Assembly (NCBI GenBank): GCA_900755035.1
Contig: CAAEEZ010000016.1
Location: 172,873-236,872 of the forward strand
DNA: 64,000 nucleotides
DNA from: Clostridia bacterium
GTDB lineage: Bacteria > Bacillota > Clostridia > Christensenellales > CAAEEZ01
Direction: 5' to 3'
Shown: piece by piece, positions 37,980 to 47,390 of the stretch
Numbering within the stretch: position 1 is the first letter of the stretch
How the letters are laid out: each line of letters begins with the position of its first letter
Notes under the pieces: generated by a model
Told to the model about the DNA's origin: nothing
The model's input: the letters and a program-made list of their open reading frames with translations, nothing else
The model's database searches: none
Translations under genes and position numbers: made by a program

Positions 37980-40565
37980 ATGCCGTTCCTTTTTGAAAAA
38001 ATTGACACATTAAAGGAAGTTGGCATTTATAGCGAACTTCCAACGTATATAAAAGAAAATCTAAATCCTGCATTTGAGTTGCGCCCTTATCAAGAATCGG
38101 CGTTTTGTAATTATATTACATACTTTGAAAATCCGAAAATACGACAAAAACCAACGCAAACGTTATTTCATATGGCAACGGGTAGTGGTAAAACGCTTAT
38201 TATGGCAGGGCTTATGCTTTATCTTTACAAACAAGGCTATCGTAATTTCCTTTTCTTTGTAAATTTAAGTAATATTGTACGCAAAACGAAAGAAAATTTC
38301 CTTGTGCAAACGTCGTCTAAATATCTTTTTGCTGAAAATTTAATTATCGACGGCGAACGCATTAAGATTAAAGAAGTTAGCAATTTTCAAAATACCGATG
38401 AAAATGCTATAAATATTTGCTTTACTACCATTCAAGGTTTACACTCGGATATGTGGGCTGTTAAAGAAAATAGTATTTCCTTTGACGATTTTAAGGATAA
38501 AAAAGTCGTTCTTATATCTGATGAAGCCCACCATTTAAGCGCAAGTACGAAAAAGCAAGAAAAAGAAGAACAAGAAAATAATAAGCATTGGGAATATACT
38601 GTTGGTCGTATTTTTGGTGCTAACACTGACAACGTTCTTTTAGAGTTTACCGCTACTTGCGACGTTAAAAATGTTGATATTTTAGCAAAGTATAAAAATA
38701 AGATTATTTTTGATTATCCGTTAGCGAGGTTTAGAGAAGATTTATATTCCAAAGAAATTAAAACGTTGCGTACGGATAGCCCCGTTTTTGAGAGGTCTTT
38801 ACAAGCCGTTTTATTAAGTCAATATCGCTTGAAAGAATTTCAAGATAACCGCCTTAACATAAAGCCCATTATTCTTTTTAAGTCGCATTTAATTAAAGAA
38901 AATGCGGATAATATGGCAAATTTTATAAAGAATATTTCTACACTTACGGGCGCAAAAATACAAGAAGTTTTTGATATGATACGTGGACAAGCACCCGTTA
39001 TGCAAGAAGCCTACGAATATTTTATAAATAATGGTATTTCTTTTGAACAATTAGCGCAAGAGATTAAAGACGATTTTTCGGCTTCGCATTGTATTTCAGC
39101 TAATGACGATAAAGAAGTCGAAAAAAATCAATTGCTTTTGAACTCTCTTGAAGATAAAAACAATCCGTATCGTGCCGTATTTGCTGTTGATAAATTAAAT
39201 GAAGGTTGGGATGTTCTTAACCTTTTCGATATTGTTCGTCTATACGAAACCCGTGATGGTAAAAACGGCAAGCCGGGCGCAGGTACGATTTCAGAAGCAC
39301 AACTTATAGGGCGTGGTGCAAGATATTGTCCTTTTAAGATTGATGATGAGCAACCTAAATATCAACGCAAATATGATAACGACGTTGATAATCAACTTCG
39401 TATTTGTGAAACGCTTTATTATCATTGTTGGAATGAGCCGAGATATATAAGTGAATTACATACTGCTTTACGCGAAGTTGGACTTGATCTTGATGGTATC
39501 GTTACTAAAAGATATAAATTAAAGGACTCATTCAAAGCTGACGATTTATATCGTACAGGCTACGTATTTACGAATGAAAGAGTATTAAAAAGCCGTAACG
39601 ACGTACACGAACTTTTGCCGTCCGTAAGAGATAAAATATATGAAGTGGTGATAGCCGTTGGTAAAGGTGGCGAAGACATTGTTTTAGAAGAAGTTTCTAC
39701 CGATATAAGTGTAAAAACTTATCAATATCTTACAACGTTTAAGGAAATTGCTTCTATAAATTATTCTACCGTAAACCGAGCATTAAGACAGTTTGACGTG
39801 TTTAAATTTAACACCTTAAAATCATACTTCCCGAACGTAAAATCTACTTATGATTTTGTAACCGATAGCAATTATTTAGGCGACATTAAAATAAAAATTA
39901 CGTCGAAGCACCAAATACCACAGATGAGCATTATTTATAAGGCTTGCGTAAACGTTCTTTCTAAAATTGCTTCAAAGGTGTCTGCTATTGAAGAAGTTTG
40001 GGAAGGTACGACAGAATTTAAGGCGCACTATATAAGCGAATTTATTAAAGATAAGAGTGTAAACTATACGCCGATTGCAGGCGGTAAAGGAACGTCGCAA
40101 AACGATGCTTCCGTTGGTGCAAATCGTTTAGATTTGTCAGTTGAAGATTGGTTTGTATTTAACGATAACTACGGAACGTCCGAAGAAAAAGCCTTTGTGC
40201 GTTATTTCAAGGATTATGTTGATACCTTGCGAAGTAAGTACGATAAAATATATTTGCTTCGTAATGAACGTCAAATACACCTATATTCGTTTGAAGGTGG
40301 TGAACGCTTTGAGCCTGACTATATCTTATATTTATGCAAAAATCGCACCGATTCGGTTGAACAACTTATTGTTTTCGTTGAGCCGAAAGGTACACACTTA
40401 ATTGATTCGGATAAATGGAAAGAAGATTTCTTACTAGAACTTAAAGGCAAGTCAATTCCTACAATTACGTTTGCCGATGATAATAAATATAAAATATGGG
40501 GTTTTCACTTTTTTAATACAGAACGTAGAAGCATTGAATTTACTGCGGATATGGAAACATTATAA
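37980..40565 (+). CDS. res: Type III restriction enzyme Res subunit (SF2 helicase plus PD-(D/E)xK nuclease)
   Basis: Walker A MATGSGKT, DEAH box SDEAHH, C-terminal EPDY…VEPKG nuclease motif. Confidence 0.85.
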   Translation: MPFLFEKIDTLKEVGIYSELPTYIKENLNPAFELRPYQESAFCNYITYFENPKIRQKPTQTLFHMATGSGKTLIMAGLMLYLYKQGYRNFLFFVNLSNIVRKTKENFLVQTSSKYLFAENLIIDGERIKIKEVSNFQNTDENAINICFTTIQGLHSDMWAVKENSISFDDFKDKKVVLISDEAHHLSASTKKQEKEEQENNKHWEYTVGRIFGANTDNVLLEFTATCDVKNVDILAKYKNKIIFDYPLARFREDLYSKEIKTLRTDSPVFERSLQAVLLSQYRLKEFQDNRLNIKPIILFKSHLIKENADNMANFIKNISTLTGAKIQEVFDMIRGQAPVMQEAYEYFINNGISFEQLAQEIKDDFSASHCISANDDKEVEKNQLLLNSLEDKNNPYRAVFAVDKLNEGWDVLNLFDIVRLYETRDGKNGKPGAGTISEAQLIGRGARYCPFKIDDEQPKYQRKYDNDVDNQLRICETLYYHCWNEPRYISELHTALREVGLDLDGIVTKRYKLKDSFKADDLYRTGYVFTNERVLKSRNDVHELLPSVRDKIYEVVIAVGKGGEDIVLEEVSTDISVKTYQYLTTFKEIASINYSTVNRALRQFDVFKFNTLKSYFPNVKSTYDFVTDSNYLGDIKIKITSKHQIPQMSIIYKACVNVLSKIASKVSAIEEVWEGTTEFKAHYISEFIKDKSVNYTPIAGGKGTSQNDASVGANRLDLSVEDWFVFNDNYGTSEEKAFVRYFKDYVDTLRSKYDKIYLLRNERQIHLYSFEGGERFEPDYILYLCKNRTDSVEQLIVFVEPKGTHLIDSDKWKEDFLLELKGKSIPTITFADDNKYKIWGFHFFNTERRSIEFTADMETL

Positions 40566-40569
40566 AGTA

Positions 40570-40595
40570 AAAAGGCGAGAATTTTTCGCCTTTTA
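40570..40595 (+). terminator. Rho-independent terminator after res
   Basis: aaggcga/tcgcctt stem plus T-run. Confidence 0.7.
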
Positions 40596-40642
40596 TCATT
40601 GAAATTTTGACTATTTTAACTTAACGATTAAATCTAAATAAT

Positions 40643-42160
40643 CTATTGTAAAAAAACAAAACGCACTCCTAAATATTTGGAAGTGCGTTTTATCTTTGGT
40701 GCCCCAAGGCATTTCAAATCCGAACCAGACGGGGTGCAGTTGAGTTCCGAAAGGAATACTGTTTTTGTTCCGTCCTTGTAGTTGAAGGTAAAGGTTATCT
40801 TATCATCGTAAAGGTATATTGCATTGATAAATCCATCGATTAGCCTTTGTTTACCTTCTTTTGTTGAAATATTCAACTTTTTAAATTTCTCTATTCCAAA
40901 GCGTATTTGCTCTTTCGTAAGAAAGGGTTTTTTAATTTGTTCTTGAACGATAGTTAAATCAAGTTGGTTCTTTTCTTTTTCAAGTTCCGCAAGTCTATCT
41001 TTCGTTGAGTCGAAGATAATCCCTTGCTCAATCGCTGTAATTATGTTTTTAATACGATTTTCAACGTCTTCTAATTGTAAACGCAATCTCGGTAAGCGCG
41101 GATTTTCTTCGCCCTGTAAATCGAAAATCCTATCCACAAGATAATCAATCACGGCTTCGTCGTGAAGAAGCTCCATTGCCTTTTGAACGGCTAAATCTTC
41201 AATCCACAACTTACGTACCGTTTTCTTATCGCAAGTATGCTTTTTAGCGTTTACGCATTTGTAATAGCGGTGGACTTCCTTTTTTCTTCCCGTTCCTGCT
41301 TCACCAACCATAAGCGCGCCACATTTACCGCAGAACAATTTTGTAGTTAAAAGATAATCATCTTCCGCTTTATGACGGGCGGGTGCGTGTTTATTTTGCG
41401 CCATACGACGTTGAACACGCTCAAATAAGTCTTTGCTAACGATAGCAGGCACGGCATCGGGAATTACAATGTCATTATATCTAAATTCGCCTATATACTT
41501 GCGGTTGGTAAGCATATATTGAACGATATTATAAGACATTTTCTTGCCAAGTCTTGTCGTTATTCCTTTTGCATTGAAATGGTTTACAATATCTTTGATA
41601 AGGTAGCCGTCGGCATACATTGTAAAGGCTTCCACAACGATAGGAGCAAGTGTTTGGGCAATAGCGTGTTTTTGTTCTTCGTCTATGTAGTAACCAAAAG
41701 GAATTTGTCCGCCGTTTACTTTCGCTTTTAATGCATTTTCTTTGAGCCCACGCTTAACCTTAACGGAAAGTTCAGCCGAGTAGTATTCCGCCATACCTTC
41801 AAGCATTGATTCAAGAATAATTCCTTCAGGACCTTCGCTAATGTTTTCCTTTGCCGAAACTACTTTAACGCCGTTCTTTTTAAGGATATGTTTGTAATTG
41901 GCAGAATCGTATCTATCACGAGAAAAACGGTCTAATTTCCAAACGATAATCATATTAAAGCAGTGCTTATAACTATCTTTAATCATACGTTGAAAATCGG
42001 GACGATTATCCGAAGTAGCCGTCATCGCACGGTCTATATAGTTTGCAACGACGTCCACACCGATTTTATTCGCAAATTCCAAACACTCACGAAGTTGACC
42101 TTCAATAGATTCTTCACGTTGACTATCCGAAGAATATCGCGCATATATAACTGCTTTCAT
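40643..42160 (-). CDS. Large serine recombinase
   Basis: 505 aa; N-terminal resolvase domain AVIYARYSSDSQ (catalytic Ser), recombinase domain, Cys-rich zinc-ribbon (CGKCG…YYKC…C). The last codons run through a hairpin/T-run at 40650-40691. Confidence 0.9.
   Translation of the reverse strand: MKAVIYARYSSDSQREESIEGQLRECLEFANKIGVDVVANYIDRAMTATSDNRPDFQRMIKDSYKHCFNMIIVWKLDRFSRDRYDSANYKHILKKNGVKVVSAKENISEGPEGIILESMLEGMAEYYSAELSVKVKRGLKENALKAKVNGGQIPFGYYIDEEQKHAIAQTLAPIVVEAFTMYADGYLIKDIVNHFNAKGITTRLGKKMSYNIVQYMLTNRKYIGEFRYNDIVIPDAVPAIVSKDLFERVQRRMAQNKHAPARHKAEDDYLLTTKLFCGKCGALMVGEAGTGRKKEVHRYYKCVNAKKHTCDKKTVRKLWIEDLAVQKAMELLHDEAVIDYLVDRIFDLQGEENPRLPRLRLQLEDVENRIKNIITAIEQGIIFDSTKDRLAELEKEKNQLDLTIVQEQIKKPFLTKEQIRFGIEKFKKLNISTKEGKQRLIDGFINAIYLYDDKITFTFNYKDGTKTVFLSELNCTPSGSDLKCLGAPKIKRTSKYLGVRFVFLQ
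40716..40727. repeat. Direct repeat copy L (aaatccgaacca)
   Basis: Exact 12-mer also present at 55108-55119, where it is the left arm of the hairpin downstream of tRNA-Leu. Confidence 0.5.
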
Positions 42161-43254
42161 TCAGTTTTCTCCTTTATTTTATATTTTACACTTAAATAAT
42201 TAGTAAAATTTTTATGCTCATTTAAGTTGTATTCGGCTTGTAATCGTTCATATACATTTCCTTTCATTATGTCATCAAAGGATATGCCCGCCATAGTTGT
42301 TTTTCCTGTAATCTCTTTTACTTTTTTATCTTTTTTAAGCACTTGTTTCAAAGTTTCAGAACAATAAAAATCTTCTGAATACAAGAAAATCAAATAGTTG
42401 ATTACAGATAATTTATCTTCGCGAGATAAGGCTTTGAACCCTTTATAAAACTTTCTATACCTTTTCTCATTATTGTCAATAAAAAGCATTATCGCCGTTT
42501 TATTTTTCAATGGAAAAACACAAATATATAAGTCTTTCATATGATAATTAGGGTCTTTATTATAAATGTCATTTACGATATTTCCGTCAAAATCAACATA
42601 TAAAGCAATTTGCCCTTGAAAAGCAATTGGAACGGTATAATCAAGTAAATCATAGTAAATTAAATAATATCCGTCATTGTAATTGCTTTTGATTTGTTTT
42701 TTTGCTTTGTTAAAATCCATTAAAAAATCTTTCAAATCAAGCGAATTGACTTCATTCATTTGCGTAAAGCGCGGAGCATCTTTAATTGCTTGCATCAATT
42801 TATATTGTTCTATTTCTACCTTTCGTTTATATATATATTTCAAATTGGATTTTAATGCAATAGCCGCTAAAATACTATGTGAAGGTGTAGCATTGTACAC
42901 GTCAGGATTTTCATATTCTTGAAAGATAGTATTATCACAATCTTTACAAATAATATGAAACGTCCCTGCATTGCCAACACCGCTATCTTCTTTCAGATAA
43001 AACGGAAACTCTATAATGCTATTTACCGTTAAGACCATTCCATCGCTATCTATGTTATGTAAACAAAAAGCGGGGATATTATGAGAGTTGCAAAATGATG
43101 TTACGGATTTTCCACAATACAGACAAGTAGTTCCTTTTGCATTATCACGGGCTTGTTTTATAAGCCTTGACATCTGTTTGTTTACTTCAATAGCATTACC
43201 ATTAAAATTTTTTGATATCCATTCGCTTGTTTTAGCTAAATTGTGTAATTCCAT
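42157..43254 (-). CDS. DUF4238-like protein with N-terminal CxxC…CxxC element
   Basis: 365 aa; CLYCGK…SHNIPAFCLHNI resembles the DUF4238 HY(V/I)PxFYLxNF signature; second pair CKDC; 4-nt overlap (ATGA) with the recombinase gene. Confidence 0.45.
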   Translation of the reverse strand: MELHNLAKTSEWISKNFNGNAIEVNKQMSRLIKQARDNAKGTTCLYCGKSVTSFCNSHNIPAFCLHNIDSDGMVLTVNSIIEFPFYLKEDSGVGNAGTFHIICKDCDNTIFQEYENPDVYNATPSHSILAAIALKSNLKYIYKRKVEIEQYKLMQAIKDAPRFTQMNEVNSLDLKDFLMDFNKAKKQIKSNYNDGYYLIYYDLLDYTVPIAFQGQIALYVDFDGNIVNDIYNKDPNYHMKDLYICVFPLKNKTAIMLFIDNNEKRYRKFYKGFKALSREDKLSVINYLIFLYSEDFYCSETLKQVLKKDKKVKEITGKTTMAGISFDDIMKGNVYERLQAEYNLNEHKNFTNYLSVKYKIKEKTE

Positions 43255-43270
43255 ATTATTTATCTCAAAT

Positions 43271-44020
43271 CTATATTGTTAAACTATACTTGTTGTATAA
43301 TTCGATGAATTGGTCTAAAAATTTACATACCAAATCTCTATCTAAAGCAGTTGATAAAGTTTCCTCGTTTCCTTCAGCATTTTTACTCCAATTATATGAG
43401 CCGTGCATTACATAATCAAAATCTATAATACAAAATTTGTTATGCATCCTATTTTTTCCCCACATTGGAACAGTGATAGTGTCAAATTTCTCTTCTAATT
43501 CAGGCAATCTCCATTTGTTAGATTCTTCGTCTGATGTTATAATTCGCACATTAACACCTGCATCTTTTTTTAATTCAAGTTCACGGATAATATCTTTATC
43601 AGTTATCCACGCAACTGCCGCCCAAATTATATATTTAGCACCTCTTATACCTTGAATAATTGTGTCTTTAATTTCATTAAAATCTACATCATATTCTTTA
43701 TAATCCCAATTTTCGGTTTCTATTGGCTTAGGCTTAATTTGTAATTCGCCAAAGGCATATTGCTCGCTTTCAATATATATGTCTTCAGCTAATCCGTTTA
43801 ATTGATTTTTATATTCTTTTGCATTCTTCAACATAGGGATGGGTACGCGCAAAGCAATATTTTCCCAAAATTGATAACTTTTTTTCGTGAAGTATGATGT
43901 TTTTTCAAAAGTGATAATAGAATTACGAAGGATAGTTAAAATTTCATCTTTATTAGGAAAATCCTCATATTTTACATACTCAATCATAGTTTTCAAGAAT
44001 TGCTTTTCATTGACTATCAT
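43271..44020 (-). CDS. PLD-superfamily (single HKD, Nuc-like) putative nuclease
   Basis: 249 aa; HNKFCIIDFDYVMHGSYNWSKNA matches H-x-K-x4-D-x6-GS-x-N; unassigned N-terminal domain of about 110 aa. Confidence 0.75.
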   Translation of the reverse strand: MIVNEKQFLKTMIEYVKYEDFPNKDEILTILRNSIITFEKTSYFTKKSYQFWENIALRVPIPMLKNAKEYKNQLNGLAEDIYIESEQYAFGELQIKPKPIETENWDYKEYDVDFNEIKDTIIQGIRGAKYIIWAAVAWITDKDIIRELELKKDAGVNVRIITSDEESNKWRLPELEEKFDTITVPMWGKNRMHNKFCIIDFDYVMHGSYNWSKNAEGNEETLSTALDRDLVCKFLDQFIELYNKYSLTI

Positions 44021-44376
44021 TACTTTTGTTCCTCCAACATTTTCTTTAAGGTTTCTTTGAGTTTTGCGTGTGCGTTAGTGCTTGGGTCAAAACACATCTC
44101 GATAAAGTCTTGCATACGGTCAGAATTTTCTAATTTAGGTTGTCCGTAAAGTTTACCTTCGGGGTTGTCCGTTCTACCGAGAAGATAATCCGCCGATACG
44201 TCAAAGTAATCGGCAATCTTAACAAGTACGGGGTAGGACGGCATAATAGAGCCAAGCTCGTAACGAGCGAGAACGGGTTGTTTTACGTCGCCAAGTGCCG
44301 TAGCAAGTTTTGCTTGTGATAACTTTGCTTTTTCTCTTAATGACTTTATTCTATATCCAATAATGTTTTCTTGCAT
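44020..44376 (-). CDS. XRE-family HTH transcriptional regulator
   Basis: 118 aa; …IKSLREKAKLSQAKLATALG…YELG… HTH_3 pattern; its stop codon overlaps the PLD gene start by 1 nt. Confidence 0.8.
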   Translation of the reverse strand: MQENIIGYRIKSLREKAKLSQAKLATALGDVKQPVLARYELGSIMPSYPVLVKIADYFDVSADYLLGRTDNPEGKLYGQPKLENSDRMQDFIEMCFDPSTNAHAKLKETLKKMLEEQK

Positions 44377-44403
44377 ATATACCTCTTGTTATTTTGTTCT
44401 TTA

Positions 44404-45414
44404 CTAACAGTATTTTCGTAAATCTTCTTCTTTTGCACCATAAACTTGTTTTGTTGACGCATTAAATAGTTTTTCATTGTAAGCATCAATAATAGCCGCA
44501 TCTCTAATTATAGTGGTCGTGTTTTCTTTTATGGAATTCTTACAGATAATTGAAAGTTGGGGGGTTATCGGATAAAATAATTCAAAATTATTTATAGTTT
44601 CTCCAATATTATTATAATCAGCGTAAAGATTAATTAATGGAAAATCGCTCGTTATGAAATTTTGCGTTGTTTCATTTTTTATTAAATCTATATAAAAATT
44701 ATTTTTACAAAAGGCAGAAGCTAATATTTGAGTATTAACAACCATCATTAAAGGAAACATTGCTAAAGTGGTATTTTTTAAGCACGAATCTTCAAATTTT
44801 TCAACAGTTTGCTTTATCGAATTCAAAATATTATCCTTACTTCTCCATGTTCTAAGCATTTGAGCTGCAATAAACTCAAAAAAATCATATCTTAAATCTT
44901 CGCCATTATATGTAGAAAGTGTTAAGTTATATAACGCTTTAATTTCCATATCAGAAAAAAGGCATTCATTTGAAAATAGATTATTAAGCATATTAAATTT
45001 TAAAAAATCTGAAAATTGTTCCAATACTGTTGGTCCTTCAAATGGAAATTCTCCTTTATATAATTTATTTAAAAATTTAATGCCATTATTTTCTATAGGA
45101 CATACAAAATTATTTTCGATAAAATCTTTTTGAAATATATCTGAAGCATCTGTTATTTTACTTTTGACTCCAATCAGTTTTTGATTATTCAGCCACTTAT
45201 CAAAATATTGAGTTACTGCCTTTTTATCGCTCTCGTTTATCATGCTAATATCATAACTATATTTTTGGACACCAACATTTTCAAGTGATACATTTTTTAT
45301 AATTTTATTTTCAGCTTTGTAATAACAAACAATATTTCCATTGCTAGAATCTAAATTATCTGTCCAAGGCGATAAATACTTTCTCCAAACTAAGTGTTGT
45401 CGTATTGTTGACAT
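44404..45414 (-). CDS. DUF4238-family protein
   Basis: 336 aa; N-terminal QHLVWRKYLSPW and later FITSDFPL resemble the DUF4238 signature blocks. Confidence 0.5.
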   Translation of the reverse strand: MSTIRQHLVWRKYLSPWTDNLDSSNGNIVCYYKAENKIIKNVSLENVGVQKYSYDISMINESDKKAVTQYFDKWLNNQKLIGVKSKITDASDIFQKDFIENNFVCPIENNGIKFLNKLYKGEFPFEGPTVLEQFSDFLKFNMLNNLFSNECLFSDMEIKALYNLTLSTYNGEDLRYDFFEFIAAQMLRTWRSKDNILNSIKQTVEKFEDSCLKNTTLAMFPLMMVVNTQILASAFCKNNFYIDLIKNETTQNFITSDFPLINLYADYNNIGETINNFELFYPITPQLSIICKNSIKENTTTIIRDAAIIDAYNEKLFNASTKQVYGAKEEDLRKYC

Positions 45415-45458
45415 TTCGCACCTCCATATTTTTTAGATGTTAATTACCATCTTACATT

Positions 45459-45487
45459 ATTATAACCGAAAAGTTTTTAAATGTCAA
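45459..45487 (-). promoter_or_regulatory. Consensus sigma-A promoter for the DUF4238-XRE-PLD operon
   Basis: Minus strand reads TTGACA, 17-nt spacer, TATAAT, about 40 nt upstream of the ATG at 45414. Confidence 0.7.
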
Positions 45488-45519
45488 TACGATATAGGTA
45501 TATTTATAAAAAATAGATA

Positions 45520-45551
45520 TTAAAAACGGCAGATACTTTAATCTACCGTTT
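45520..45551 (-). terminator. Rho-independent terminator ending the Hsp70-like operon
   Basis: Minus strand aacggtaga/tctgccgtt stem (one G-U) followed by TTTTT, 10 nt after the stop. Confidence 0.65.
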
Positions 45552-45560
45552 CAATAAGAT

Positions 45561-47390
45561 TTATTTCCAATTTTTATCTTTGTAAGGAGTATCTTCTACA
45601 CCTTTATCATTGAGTTTTTTAACCATACGGTCTAATGTACCTTTCCACATTTTCTTAAACCATTTTGTTTTACCAAACCATTTTACAAGTGTAGGACTAA
45701 TCGCGTAATATAATTTGATAAAGGCACGACCATACCAAGTAGAGCCAAGAGTGTCATCACGGAAGCGACGTAACGTCCATACTTGCGGGCAATCATATGA
45801 GCCATAAACGCAAGTAGCAACATAACATCCACCACAACAATCGGAAGAACTAGAAGAATAACTTCTTGGATAAGAGTAGGAAGAACGTGATGCTGCTTTA
45901 TTTTTTGCATCTTCGAGTGTATCAGGATACGTTCTATGTGAACCACGTACAGCATCGCATTTTTCCATATAGGTTTTTGCGGTGTAAGAGTTAGCAGTCA
46001 ATAATTTATAAACTTCATCGAAGGTCTTAATGATTTCGCTTTGTAAAATCGTAAGTGCATAATATTTTAGAATATAATTTTTTAGCTCGTCTTGTCTTTT
46101 TTCTATAACGTATATTCCAAGTGCACCCATATTTGAAATGCTTGCGAGTTCTCGATTAAGATTTTCAAATAAGTTTTCAGTTACATTATCAAAACGGGTT
46201 AATGCGATAAGCAAATTAGTAAATAACGTGCGGTAATTTTTTAAACGTTCGGATTTGTAGAGTAAGCGCGTTAAATCATATAAATTTTGAGATACAGACG
46301 TTCCTTTTTTTATCGCAAGAATGCGTTCTCGGTAATAATTGTACCATTCTTCGCCGTTTTTTATTAAGGCGGAAAGTATTTCAAGTATTTCAATGTGTTC
46401 GCATTCGATATCGTTATCTTTAATATAGTCAATAACGCTCGAAACTGAACTCATTTTACTTAGCTCGTAATAAGTGTTTTTTTCAATGTTATCAAATAAT
46501 ATATAAGTAAAACACAGATTTATAAATACGGTACATAAGTGTTCAGCATCTTCGGGATGAAGTTTTTCTAAAAGTTTTGAAAAATTTGCAAAGAATAATG
46601 TGCCGTTTTCATCCACATTATTGGCTAATTGATTACAAAAAGCCTTATATGAATAATAGAACTCTTTATTTTTGAACAAAGAATTGTTTAATCCACAAAC
46701 AAACTCAATACTTGAAGTAAATAAACTTTCATCTTCCAATCTTGATGAAATCGAATCAAGAGAAGTAGCAATAGCATCGGCAAAAGCAGTAACAAATCTT
46801 TTTTTGAGAGAAGTATCCGTTGTCGCACTCAAAACCCTATAAGTCGCATTAACAGTTTTACTATTTAAGCCGTTTACAGACGAATTGATTTCATTTTCTA
46901 TCTCTAACCACAAAGATTCACAGAACGCAGAAAAGATTTCGCCGTTGGCATCCACTTTTGCATAGGTTAAATCTTTTTTCAGTAGCGCAGGAGTCACTAT
47001 CACACTTACAAGTTCATCAAAAACTTTACCGCTTATCTTCAATTTAGATATAGCATAATCAAAATTACGCACCAAATTAATTAATGCAGCTAGTTTCTTT
47101 CGGGAAGAAACTGATGAAGTTATTTCAGTATCAAATACGCTTTCTAATTGTTCAACAGATTTTCTATCTTGAACGTATTTTTCTACTGTATAGAAATCGA
47201 TATCTATGTAAGTCGAAAAAAGTTCTTCAACAAATAATTTTGCATCGCTATTTATTGTTTGAATATGAACCGGCAACTCTTTTCTCAATTCAGGACGAGT
47301 TTGAAATAACTTCATTAACTCGCCTTTTGATAACGATGATGATAACTTAAACTTCTCGAAAAGAGTTTCTCTTTTGAATTGTACTTCCAT
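45561..47390 (-). CDS. 609-aa helical protein with Ser-rich linker and Cys-rich C-terminal module (operon gene 3)
   Basis: No catalytic motif seen; the C-terminal 93 aa read DCCGGCYVATCVYGSYDCPQVWTLRRFRD…GRAFIKLYYAISPTLV… followed by a basic amphipathic tail. Confidence 0.6.
   Translation of the reverse strand: MEVQFKRETLFEKFKLSSSLSKGELMKLFQTRPELRKELPVHIQTINSDAKLFVEELFSTYIDIDFYTVEKYVQDRKSVEQLESVFDTEITSSVSSRKKLAALINLVRNFDYAISKLKISGKVFDELVSVIVTPALLKKDLTYAKVDANGEIFSAFCESLWLEIENEINSSVNGLNSKTVNATYRVLSATTDTSLKKRFVTAFADAIATSLDSISSRLEDESLFTSSIEFVCGLNNSLFKNKEFYYSYKAFCNQLANNVDENGTLFFANFSKLLEKLHPEDAEHLCTVFINLCFTYILFDNIEKNTYYELSKMSSVSSVIDYIKDNDIECEHIEILEILSALIKNGEEWYNYYRERILAIKKGTSVSQNLYDLTRLLYKSERLKNYRTLFTNLLIALTRFDNVTENLFENLNRELASISNMGALGIYVIEKRQDELKNYILKYYALTILQSEIIKTFDEVYKLLTANSYTAKTYMEKCDAVRGSHRTYPDTLEDAKNKAASRSSYSYPRSYSSSSSDCCGGCYVATCVYGSYDCPQVWTLRRFRDDTLGSTWYGRAFIKLYYAISPTLVKWFGKTKWFKKMWKGTLDRMVKKLNDKGVEDTPYKDKNWK

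Noticed and set aside
38074-40401. Small plus-strand ORFs (62 and 86 aa) inside res and R/K-rich out-of-frame ORFs inside other genes (26914-27111, 29481-29693, 31452-31652)
   Set aside because: These are alternative-frame artefacts within well-supported longer ORFs, with no independent start signals.
40693-40702. tctttggtgc versus tctttgtgc (55081-55089) as an extension of the 12-bp direct repeat
   Set aside because: It needs an indel and a spacer that differs in length (13 versus 18 nt). Similarity outside an att core is not expected, so this is probably coincidence.
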